Assembly (NCBI GenBank): GCA_030668875.1
Contig: DAOVER010000001.1
Span: forward strand, 30,001 to 62,000
Length of the DNA: 32,000 nucleotides
Source: Candidatus Heimdallarchaeota archaeon
GTDB lineage: Archaea; Asgardarchaeota; Heimdallarchaeia; Heimdallarchaeales; Heimdallarchaeaceae
Direction of reading: 5' to 3'
Shown one piece after another: positions 1-7,663 of this stretch (position 1 is its first letter; each line of letters starts with the position of its first letter). Both the position numbers and the translations under genes were made by a program. The notes beneath the pieces were generated by a model. The model saw only the letters and a list, made by a program, of their open reading frames with translations, was not told the origin of the DNA and did no database searches.

Positions 1-82
1 TTTAAATGACAACAACCCATCATTAAAGTTCCTTTATTAGAAATGAATTTATCGTTAAAATAGTAAAGAAGAGAAGAGTCGA

Positions 83-1378
83 TTAAACTCTCTCTAAATA
101 TTTTAGATATTCCCATTCCCATTCAGCTTCACTACTAGTAGATTTAGCTTCAGAATGATCTTTACATTCTTTTCTCTTCACTTCTAAGAAAATGTCGACA
201 ATGTCTTTCCCGAGAACTTGAGAAACTAGATTACTACTTTCTAGATAATCCAAAGCATCACTTAAACTAGAAGGAAGTTGGGTTATTCCCATATCTTTTC
301 TTTCTTGAACAGTCAGTTTTTCTATGTTTTTAACAGTAGGTTGTATTGGTTCAATTTTCTTTTTCATACCATCTAAACCAGAAGATAAGAGTAACGCAGA
401 AGCAAGATAGATATTTGTAGCACAATCTGCTGCGCGAAATTCAATTCTTGCTTTCTTTTCGTATCCTGGAACCCGGATCAATGCTGTACGATTAGCTATT
501 CCCCACGATTTGAATACTGGAGCCTCATGGCCAGTTACTAATCTTTTATAGGAGTTTGTTGTTGGATTGAATATAGCTGACATAGCGTCAACATTTTCTA
601 AGATACCACCAACAAAAAATCGTAAATTGTCACTAATTCCTTTTTCTTCATCTGAAAAAATATTTGTTCCATTTTGAGTAAGAAATTGATGTATATGTAA
701 TCCACTACCTGCCAAATCCTCAAAAGGTTTAGGCATGAATGTAGCAATTACTTCATCAAAAAGCGCGTTTGCTTTAATGATTAGCTTTGCAGTTTGAGTA
801 TTATCAGCTTGTTTTAAAGCATCTAGGATACCAAATTCTATCTCTTGCTGAGCATGCCCACATTCATGATGAATTGTTTTAACGGGTATTCCCATTTCTA
901 GCATATCATTTGCCATACTTCGTCTTAAAGAACCTAGAATATCAAATGGTAAAGTGTCCATGTATTCCCCATCTTCAACAGGCTCTAATTCATCATCAAG
1001 AAAATACCACTCTAGTTCAGGTCTGACTTTGTATTCAAACCCTAGATTATTGGCATTGCCTATCTCTTTTTTCAATATACTCCTTGGATCTGTAGGGTGA
1101 GGGGTTCCATCATTTTTTTGAATATCACAAATGAATCTAGCAACTCTTGGTTCCCATGGAATTATAGATAAAGTGTCCAAATCAGGAATGATTTTCATGT
1201 CACTTTGCTCAGTTTGTAAGAATCCTAATGAAGACCCATCCACACCACTTCCTTCTTGCATCTCATCCCAGATGTTTGCAGGAAATTCCACAGACTTGAG
1301 TTCTCCAAAAATTGTCGTAAACTGAAATTGTATAAACTCGATTTTATTTTCTGTAAAAAACTTGTTTAAATCACTCAT
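83..1378 (-). CDS. glnA: Glutamine synthetase type I
   Basis: Motifs DGSS, ELEWY (ExEF-like), HHE..Q.E, ATFMPKP, GSGLHIH, NSYKRL, GHEAP, NRTALIRVP, RIEFR. Start placed at ATG 1378 (ORF track gives 1417): the N-terminus then matches typical GS length, GTGAT lies 7 nt upstream, and the TATA at 1428-1435 is too close to 1417. Confidence 0.92.
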   Translation of the reverse strand: MSDLNKFFTENKIEFIQFQFTTIFGELKSVEFPANIWDEMQEGSGVDGSSLGFLQTEQSDMKIIPDLDTLSIIPWEPRVARFICDIQKNDGTPHPTDPRSILKKEIGNANNLGFEYKVRPELEWYFLDDELEPVEDGEYMDTLPFDILGSLRRSMANDMLEMGIPVKTIHHECGHAQQEIEFGILDALKQADNTQTAKLIIKANALFDEVIATFMPKPFEDLAGSGLHIHQFLTQNGTNIFSDEEKGISDNLRFFVGGILENVDAMSAIFNPTTNSYKRLVTGHEAPVFKSWGIANRTALIRVPGYEKKARIEFRAADCATNIYLASALLLSSGLDGMKKKIEPIQPTVKNIEKLTVQERKDMGITQLPSSLSDALDYLESSNLVSQVLGKDIVDIFLEVKRKECKDHSEAKSTSSEAEWEWEYLKYLERV

Positions 1379-1427
1379 TTCAATAATCACGCTTTCTAAC
1401 TCTGTATCAAACATCATTAAAATTCTA

Positions 1428-1435
1428 TTTATATA
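1428..1435 (-). promoter_or_regulatory. Putative TATA box of glnA (TATATAAA on minus strand)
   Basis: Archaeal TATA-like octamer about 50 nt upstream of ATG 1378. Confidence 0.45.
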
Positions 1436-1525
1436 GTTTTGTCAAGGGTGAAAACTATTTCCATGAATATTTTATTTCAATTCGACAATTATTTAAGGTT
1501 GTAACAATTTAATAGCAAGAAGGGC

Positions 1526-2095
1526 ATGACAATACCTAGCAGATTCTGGATAACTAAGGGAACAGGGGAATCTAATGTATCAGATCTTTCTGCCATTGAT
1601 GAATCCTTGATGAATGCAGGAATAGGTTATCAGAACCATGTTTTAGTTTCATCCATACCTCCCTCCATTGAAATTCAACCAAAAATTATTGCTCGACATG
1701 GATTAACCCGCGTTCCAGTTGGGGTTGAATGGAAACTTATACCTTCAAGCGCGATATTATATGTTGTTAGGGCATTAAAAACTGGCAAACGAGGTGACAC
1801 TGTTGCAACTTGTATCTCTTTAGCAAAAGTAGAAATAAAAACAAGTGATGCAAATCTTGAATGCGTTCTAGCCTATGAGTCTAATGGGTCAAAAATAGAC
1901 GAAGTAGAAAATATTGCACTATCTGGATTAAAAGAGATGGTTGAAAGAAGACATGCAATTCTCGATGAAAATTGGGGAAATTCTGGATATAAAACCATCT
2001 CTTCCTCTTTAGAAATAACTAAAAAATATGGCTGTTCAGTATCCTTTGTTGTCATGGATCCTTTTACTTTCAAACATGAAACTCGTACTCCTTGA
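1526..2095 (+). CDS. pdaD: Pyruvoyl-dependent arginine decarboxylase family protein
   Basis: P..F....G.GE....L.A.D..L..AGI...N.V.VSSIPP, with the Ser-Ser autocleavage site intact; later strand CVLAYE and C-terminal YGCSVSFVV. Confidence 0.8.
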   Translation: MTIPSRFWITKGTGESNVSDLSAIDESLMNAGIGYQNHVLVSSIPPSIEIQPKIIARHGLTRVPVGVEWKLIPSSAILYVVRALKTGKRGDTVATCISLAKVEIKTSDANLECVLAYESNGSKIDEVENIALSGLKEMVERRHAILDENWGNSGYKTISSSLEITKKYGCSVSFVVMDPFTFKHETRTP

Positions 2096-2157
2096 AAGAA
2101 AGCACGAGACAAAAAGCATAAAAATGCTATAATTTACACCTACCAAGCAGAGTTAAA

Positions 2158-4035
2158 GTGGAAGATATGAATAATAAAAAAGTTAACACAATACTAATCT
2201 TAACAATTTTATTTGCCTCAATGACTTTAGGTTTTAGTACGATTAATACTGTCTTTGCTGCAAGCACAGCAGAACCTACATTAGAGCGTATTATGATTGA
2301 TGAAGAAGAAATAGATTATTACAACTTTGAAAATAATACAATTGTCACCGTAGAATACTCAGTAGACCGAAGCATTGAGGTAGATGGAGTTATTCTAGTT
2401 GGTTTTGGCTCCGAATTGGATTTAGATCCATTCAATAGTATAAACTTAACTTATTCATACTCTCTACAGGATAGGACATACTATATTGGTGATATTGAAC
2501 TTTTTGAAAACAGTTATTTCAAAGGATATGGCTGGATTGGAGATATCACAAATGGAACATATGAAGACGTTGAAGAATTCAATCATCTTGGTCCATGGCA
2601 CTATCTGTTTGTAAATGAGGTTGGTGTCCCTCCACAATTTCATGGAATTGTAAATGCAACATTTACTGGAGGATTTCATACCTACTATGCACCAACAAAC
2701 CAAACTAATCACACTATAGTCATTTCCTATAGAGTTTATGGAGGAACAGAAGCTGATAATGTGTCTCTTGTTTATTCTGTTTATCGAGATAAACTTTACA
2801 ACGCCTCACTCAATATTTTTGATAGCACTATCGTGTTTCAGAATATGACTTATGCAGATATCTCAACAGAAACTTATGTTGTTTTCAACACATCACTTGA
2901 ATTCACTGAGAGAACACTTTACTTTACAGCCAACAATTCCTATGGCTGGGACACATGGGGTGATGGACTTGTTAAAAATAATTTGAATATTTACAAAATT
3001 AACAATGGTTTCGATTTTAATTCAAACACTGTACTTCATGAGCTAATTACAGATGTGGATGAGGTTGATATTATCATTACAACATTAAACAGTACAGAAT
3101 ATGACTCATTTGGTATAGGGTATTATGTTATTGAGAGTTTAGAAAATGATACTGAAATCGTTTCATGGACTCAGATAGAAGGAACATTACAAAGCTATTA
3201 TACAGAAGTAAACGATTTCGATTACAATGATACAATGCGGGAATATAATGTTTCACTTGGGATATTTGATGTTGATAATATCATCTACTTTGAAGCTTAC
3301 AATATCTATTATGGCGAAGTTTACAACGAAACAGTTGGACATTATCACGCGATTAGGATTTATGATTCCAAACCTTATCTAGAGTTGTTCCCTGTAAGTG
3401 GGTCTTATGTAAATCACGAAGAAGTCTCATTCAGTTTTGATATCTTGTTAAATAGAGGAAACATTACAGAGATTCTTTTGGATTATGATGATGGTTCCCC
3501 CGTTGCTAATCTTACAACTTTAGAACCAGATGAAGACAATGGGCTATATTATGTGATCCATACTTATCCTGTAGCAACTGAAGGATACAATGTTACACTT
3601 ACAGTAAATACTTCTTTAGGAACATTCAATACTACAACAAACTATCTTTATCTCGATTTTGATGCTCCGACCCTTGAAATCACTGAATTCACGAATAACG
3701 CCACTGAAATAACAGATGGGTATGTTGAATTATACTTCACTTACCTTGATGACTATTCTGGTGTTTGGAAAGTAAGTATAGATTGGGGAGATGGTGTTGT
3801 TCAAAATGTAACAGAAGACAATTTTGCTTTCCATTACTATGTTAAAAGTGGAAACTATACTGTTATTATGGAGGTTCAAGATAAAGGAGGCAACACGTTC
3901 AGTACAAGTATAATATATACAATTAAACTACCAGAGACTACTCCTACCGGACAGGTACCATTTGCAGCTCTATCTGTATTTATTTCATTAATTTTCTTAG
4001 GTTGTATTGTGTTCCTAACAAAGAGGAGAAAATAA
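2158..4035 (+). CDS. Membrane-anchored acidic surface glycoprotein with C-terminal PKD-like domains
   Basis: Signal peptide (NNKK + hydrophobic stretch + VFA-A), more than 20 N-x-S/T sequons, PKD-like motifs LDYDDGS..HTY and IDWGDG..HYY..SGNYTV, C-terminal TM helix + KRRK. Start is GTG 2158 or ATG 2167. Confidence 0.75.
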   Translation: MEDMNNKKVNTILILTILFASMTLGFSTINTVFAASTAEPTLERIMIDEEEIDYYNFENNTIVTVEYSVDRSIEVDGVILVGFGSELDLDPFNSINLTYSYSLQDRTYYIGDIELFENSYFKGYGWIGDITNGTYEDVEEFNHLGPWHYLFVNEVGVPPQFHGIVNATFTGGFHTYYAPTNQTNHTIVISYRVYGGTEADNVSLVYSVYRDKLYNASLNIFDSTIVFQNMTYADISTETYVVFNTSLEFTERTLYFTANNSYGWDTWGDGLVKNNLNIYKINNGFDFNSNTVLHELITDVDEVDIIITTLNSTEYDSFGIGYYVIESLENDTEIVSWTQIEGTLQSYYTEVNDFDYNDTMREYNVSLGIFDVDNIIYFEAYNIYYGEVYNETVGHYHAIRIYDSKPYLELFPVSGSYVNHEEVSFSFDILLNRGNITEILLDYDDGSPVANLTTLEPDEDNGLYYVIHTYPVATEGYNVTLTVNTSLGTFNTTTNYLYLDFDAPTLEITEFTNNATEITDGYVELYFTYLDDYSGVWKVSIDWGDGVVQNVTEDNFAFHYYVKSGNYTVIMEVQDKGGNTFSTSIIYTIKLPETTPTGQVPFAALSVFISLIFLGCIVFLTKRRK

Positions 4036-4053
4036 GTTTTCTCTCCCTTAACC

Positions 4054-4060
4054 TTTTTTT
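4054..4060 (+). terminator. Oligo-T terminator after the surface protein gene
   Basis: T7 run in a pyrimidine-rich tract 18 nt after the stop codon, between convergent genes. Confidence 0.45.
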
Positions 4061-4077
4061 ATAATTTTCCAAGAGCA

Positions 4078-5982
4078 CTACAACTTTCGAAGAACTTCAA
4101 TTTTAAACGAAAAGCTCTTTTCTTCCATTTTTCGAAGCTGTGGTACTATTATCCTCAGACTGAGTTCAAAATTTCCAAAATCTTTTTCGATTTTCACATC
4201 AATATTTTCCGGGATTGTAATCTCTAAACCTGAGTTAAGTTCTTTATTGAAGATTTTAATGCTACTTATTTTGTCGCTTTGTTTATCTTCAAACACTTCA
4301 ATCTCCTCTTGTGAAAGGAAATGTGTTTGGTTCTCTCCTAAGTTTATTTTTGATAAACTAAGAACACTGAATTCATCTGATTTATTACCAAAATTCTTTA
4401 GATTATACTGAACATTGAATCTAGATGAGTCCTTTCCAAATTCGAAATGTTTTGATAATAAAATATTTTCTGTAGCGTAGATTGAAAACATGATTGTTTT
4501 ACTGTCTTTTTTATCTAACCAGTTGTATGTGTATCTTTCATTAAAGAGATTATATTGACCACTATGTCGCTTGGAGATAACATCGTACATAAGCCCGTAT
4601 CTTGGCTCATGAGTTGCTTTATCTAAAGCTAAATCTTTGGAAGGGCAAGAAGTGAGAACTACCCCCTTCTTCAAATCTATAAGATTAGTGATTATTCCTC
4701 CTTTATCTGTTAAACTGCAAAATAAGTCCTTGCCAATAAATATGGATTCTGAACATTCTTGTCCAAGACTTGTGAACCTATCTAGTTGATCGGTTTCTTT
4801 TTCCAAAAACATTTTAGCTACATTTTCTATCAGATTCAGATGACTAATACTTTCCCAGTTATCTGCATTTACTAAGGTGTTTACTCCTTTGATTGGCTCA
4901 GAAAATACGTCAAAACAAAAGTTGTGTTGTTTTCTTATTAAGTAATTATATGCATACTTTAGGAGATTTGCAATTTTCAATTGTATTTCATTTGTATTAG
5001 TGCTACTACGTCTCTCTATGTCTTCTAAATTTGTTAAATGTTTTTGAAATAATTGACGACATCTTATACAATATGGAGTTAACTTCAATCCTCGTTGGTA
5101 CCCCTTTGTCAGAGTAATTTCGTAAGGAGGTGCTGATCTTATATCAATTTCCTGAATCTCTTCAAACTTTTCTATAATTTCAGAAGGTTTCAGGAAAAAT
5201 GCAGGCTGTTCTATTAAATTTCTTGCTTCATTAAGAAAGTTTTCGAGATCGAACTGAGGGTGAAAAACAGGGAATTTCATGTCATTTAAGTCGAGTGAGA
5301 GAATGCCAAAGTGATCTTGATGAGTCTCTTTGGAGATTTCAATTCTTTCCTTAACTATTTTCATTAAATTCTTCAATTCTCCTGAACGTATTGCTTCTTT
5401 ATATGTTTCAGGATAGTTTCGATAAACACTGCGCAGGTTAAATGATGGAAGAACGAAAACATTCTGATTCTTTAATTTGAATGGTTTAAAATATTCTACC
5501 TCAAAAATCCCAGTTGGTTTTGGGTTGAGCGTTTTCGCTATACTATACCAATCCATTATCACATATTTGTACCCTTGATTTTCCAATGTGTCGATAGATC
5601 TCTTATCCCAGACTCCAAAGGGGGGATAATATCCTTTGATATATTTAGCTGGAAAAATATTTTTTAAAATTGTGGTTGCTTGGTTGATTTGGTGCTCAAT
5701 AAGACGATCTTCATATGGCTGATTCATCGGAATGAAATTGGAATACATTGAAGATGATAGCTCAATTTGATCTGCTAAGCACAATTTTGACAAATTCTTA
5801 AGAACAGTTTGATTACCCCACATGTTTGATAATAAAAACAGTGAGTTTGTGGATATTGTCCCTCTAGCTGATTTATTTACCAAGAACCAATTAATGATTT
5901 TTGCATACTTATCATACTCATCTCGTGTAACTGGAACTAAAGAACTAGATAAATTAAAGTGAGTTGATATGTAAACTGCCAT
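4078..5982 (-). CDS. GH57 family 4-alpha-glucanotransferase/alpha-amylase-like protein, probably catalytically degenerate
   Basis: GH57 layout: QIEL...Y, IEHQI, KGYYPPFGVWD...L...GYKYVIMD (cf. KGVWLTERVWQ...L...GIEYVVVD); beta-rich C-terminal domain similar to the AmyA C-terminus. The catalytic Glu and the HxHQP motif are not conserved. Confidence 0.7.
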   Translation of the reverse strand: MAVYISTHFNLSSSLVPVTRDEYDKYAKIINWFLVNKSARGTISTNSLFLLSNMWGNQTVLKNLSKLCLADQIELSSSMYSNFIPMNQPYEDRLIEHQINQATTILKNIFPAKYIKGYYPPFGVWDKRSIDTLENQGYKYVIMDWYSIAKTLNPKPTGIFEVEYFKPFKLKNQNVFVLPSFNLRSVYRNYPETYKEAIRSGELKNLMKIVKERIEISKETHQDHFGILSLDLNDMKFPVFHPQFDLENFLNEARNLIEQPAFFLKPSEIIEKFEEIQEIDIRSAPPYEITLTKGYQRGLKLTPYCIRCRQLFQKHLTNLEDIERRSSTNTNEIQLKIANLLKYAYNYLIRKQHNFCFDVFSEPIKGVNTLVNADNWESISHLNLIENVAKMFLEKETDQLDRFTSLGQECSESIFIGKDLFCSLTDKGGIITNLIDLKKGVVLTSCPSKDLALDKATHEPRYGLMYDVISKRHSGQYNLFNERYTYNWLDKKDSKTIMFSIYATENILLSKHFEFGKDSSRFNVQYNLKNFGNKSDEFSVLSLSKINLGENQTHFLSQEEIEVFEDKQSDKISSIKIFNKELNSGLEITIPENIDVKIEKDFGNFELSLRIIVPQLRKMEEKSFSFKIEVLRKL

Positions 5983-6152
5983 GGTAAAGTATTATACTTA
6001 ACTTTAAAATCTCTTTCGTTCAATTTTCGAGATTAACTTATTAATCATTACAAATTCTAAGTAAATTGCAAAAACACTTGTTTAATTAGCTACTCTCTAT
6101 ACATATCAAATTTATGTATTGTGGCGCTTCTAACGTCTTTTGATTGGTTAGC

Positions 6153-6160
6153 TTTATATA
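6153..6160 (+). promoter_or_regulatory. TATA box of tfb (TTTATATA)
   Basis: Consensus archaeal TATA 28 nt upstream of ATG 6189, compatible with a leaderless or short-leader mRNA. Confidence 0.55.
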
Positions 6161-6188
6161 TGTGGGTGCGTATCGTATGATAGTGATA

Positions 6189-7145
6189 ATGATGAGTGAA
6201 GAACGTTGCCCCAACTGCAATTCGAATGAGATAGTTAGTGACTACTCTCGTGGTGAGTCTATCTGTAGTAACTGTGGCGTTGTCCTCTCCAAGTTAATTG
6301 ATACCACTCCAGAGTGGAGAAGTTTTACAGCTGAAGAGAAATCTAATAGGAGCAGAACCGGTGCTCCAATCTCTTCTTTGAAATCTGATTATGGGATTTC
6401 ATCCCAGATTAGTTTTAGTAATATGGATGTTTATGGGAGGAAGCTAGAGCCTGCTGTTGTGGCAAAGATGCGAAGATTACGATGGTTAAATAGACGAGAT
6501 TCAAGATCTCATATTAGAAACCTACGTATAGCTTTACGTGAGTTGAGAAGAATTGTAAGCCAACTCGAATTAAGTGATGAAATAGCTGAAGCTGCAGCAA
6601 CAACTTACCGAAAAGCTTTGAAAGCAGACCTAATCCGTGGAAGGAGCATTGAATCAATGGTAGCCGCTGCCATATATATTGCCTCTCGACAATATAATAA
6701 TCCTACAACCCTAAAGGACATTGAAAAACAAGTACACGCTGATAGAAAGGTTATCGCAAGATGCTTCCGCATATATGTTCAAGAACTAAATATGAAACCC
6801 ACACCAATCGATCCTGCAGTACTATTGGCTAAGTTATGTAATGAATTAGATTTAACCACTGCAACTCAAAATGAGGCTTTGAAAATTTTGGAGGAGAGTA
6901 GATCAAGAAGACTTGATATGGGTAAGAATCCATTAAGTGTCGCAGCTGCTGCAATATACATCGCAGGAATCAGAACTGGTGAAAGAAGAACTCAGCAACA
7001 AGTTGCTAAAGTTGCAAAAACTACACCTGTTACTCTAAGGAATCGTTTCAGAGAAATAGTTGATTCTCTAGATTTAGCAAATGTAATTGTTAAGCGAGGA
7101 GCAGCAAGTGCCCCAGTTTATGTTAGAGACCCATGGAAGTTCTGA
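6189..7145 (+). CDS. tfb: Transcription initiation factor IIB (TFB)
   Basis: Zn ribbon CPNC..CSNCG, B-reader PEWRSF..RSRTG, linker LRWLN, two cyclin repeats (RGRSIESMVAAAIYIA; GKNPLSVAAAAIYIA..RTQ..VTLRNRF). Start at 6189 or 6192 rather than 6144, because the TATA box lies inside the longer ORF. Confidence 0.95.
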   Translation: MMSEERCPNCNSNEIVSDYSRGESICSNCGVVLSKLIDTTPEWRSFTAEEKSNRSRTGAPISSLKSDYGISSQISFSNMDVYGRKLEPAVVAKMRRLRWLNRRDSRSHIRNLRIALRELRRIVSQLELSDEIAEAAATTYRKALKADLIRGRSIESMVAAAIYIASRQYNNPTTLKDIEKQVHADRKVIARCFRIYVQELNMKPTPIDPAVLLAKLCNELDLTTATQNEALKILEESRSRRLDMGKNPLSVAAAAIYIAGIRTGERRTQQQVAKVAKTTPVTLRNRFREIVDSLDLANVIVKRGAASAPVYVRDPWKF

Positions 7146-7152
7146 AACTCAA

Positions 7153-7202
7153 TTTCCTTTATCTCCTTTATTTTATTTGTGATTTTTCTTTATTTCTTTC
7201 TC
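7153..7202 (+). terminator. T-rich terminator tract after tfb
   Basis: About 50 nt of pyrimidine/T-rich sequence with several T4-T5 runs directly after the stop. Confidence 0.45.
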
Positions 7203-7286
7203 TAGTAAAAAGTATTACCACCATGTTATTACTGTACTAATCTTGTTTTAAGAACAGCAATTGCTTTTTTGTATGGTGGAAACTTT

Positions 7287-7640
7287 ATGGGATTAAAACG
7301 ATTAGTCACACGTAACTCCACAGAAAAGAAAGAGGAAACTAAGATTTGTAATCAAACACCAAGTGTAAAATTCTATTCACTGTTGGATGTTGTAAAAACT
7401 GAAAGAATTATCGATGATGTTGAAAAAGGCAATCTTGTTTTTCTTAATATTAGTAGGATATCAGCATTTCCTGAGAGAAAGAGAGATTTTCTAAAAGCAC
7501 TCAAAGATAAATCTGCAAAACTACATGCAACTCTTAAAATGGTTTCAGAAGAAACTGTTATGGTTGCCCCTCCGTCTGTACCTATAGAAATAAGATCTTT
7601 ATCTCCGCTGAATATTGGCAAAAAGAACAAAGAAAATTAG
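7287..7640 (+). CDS. sepF: SepF-like cell division protein (divergent)
   Basis: SepF core D...IIDDVEKGNLVFLNI......KRDFL..LK......VMVAPPSV, preceded by a short N-terminal amphipathic segment MGLKRLV. ATG 7287 preferred over 7269. Confidence 0.7.
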   Translation: MGLKRLVTRNSTEKKEETKICNQTPSVKFYSLLDVVKTERIIDDVEKGNLVFLNISRISAFPERKRDFLKALKDKSAKLHATLKMVSEETVMVAPPSVPIEIRSLSPLNIGKKNKEN

Positions 7641-7663
7641 ATTAGTTTGGAGAAAAATAGAAT

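Noticed and set aside
1-23. Possible start of a downstream minus-strand gene (ATGATGGGTTGTTGT..., with an AAGGA motif upstream)
   Set aside because: Only about 7 codons are visible; insufficient evidence.
83-2095. Reading glnA as a gamma-glutamylpolyamine ligase (PuuA-like) because it is divergent from an arginine decarboxylase
   Set aside because: Ammonia-site residues typical of true GS are kept (Asp in QSDM, flap Glu in GHEAP), and no other polyamine catabolic genes are nearby. Not excluded without a phylogeny.
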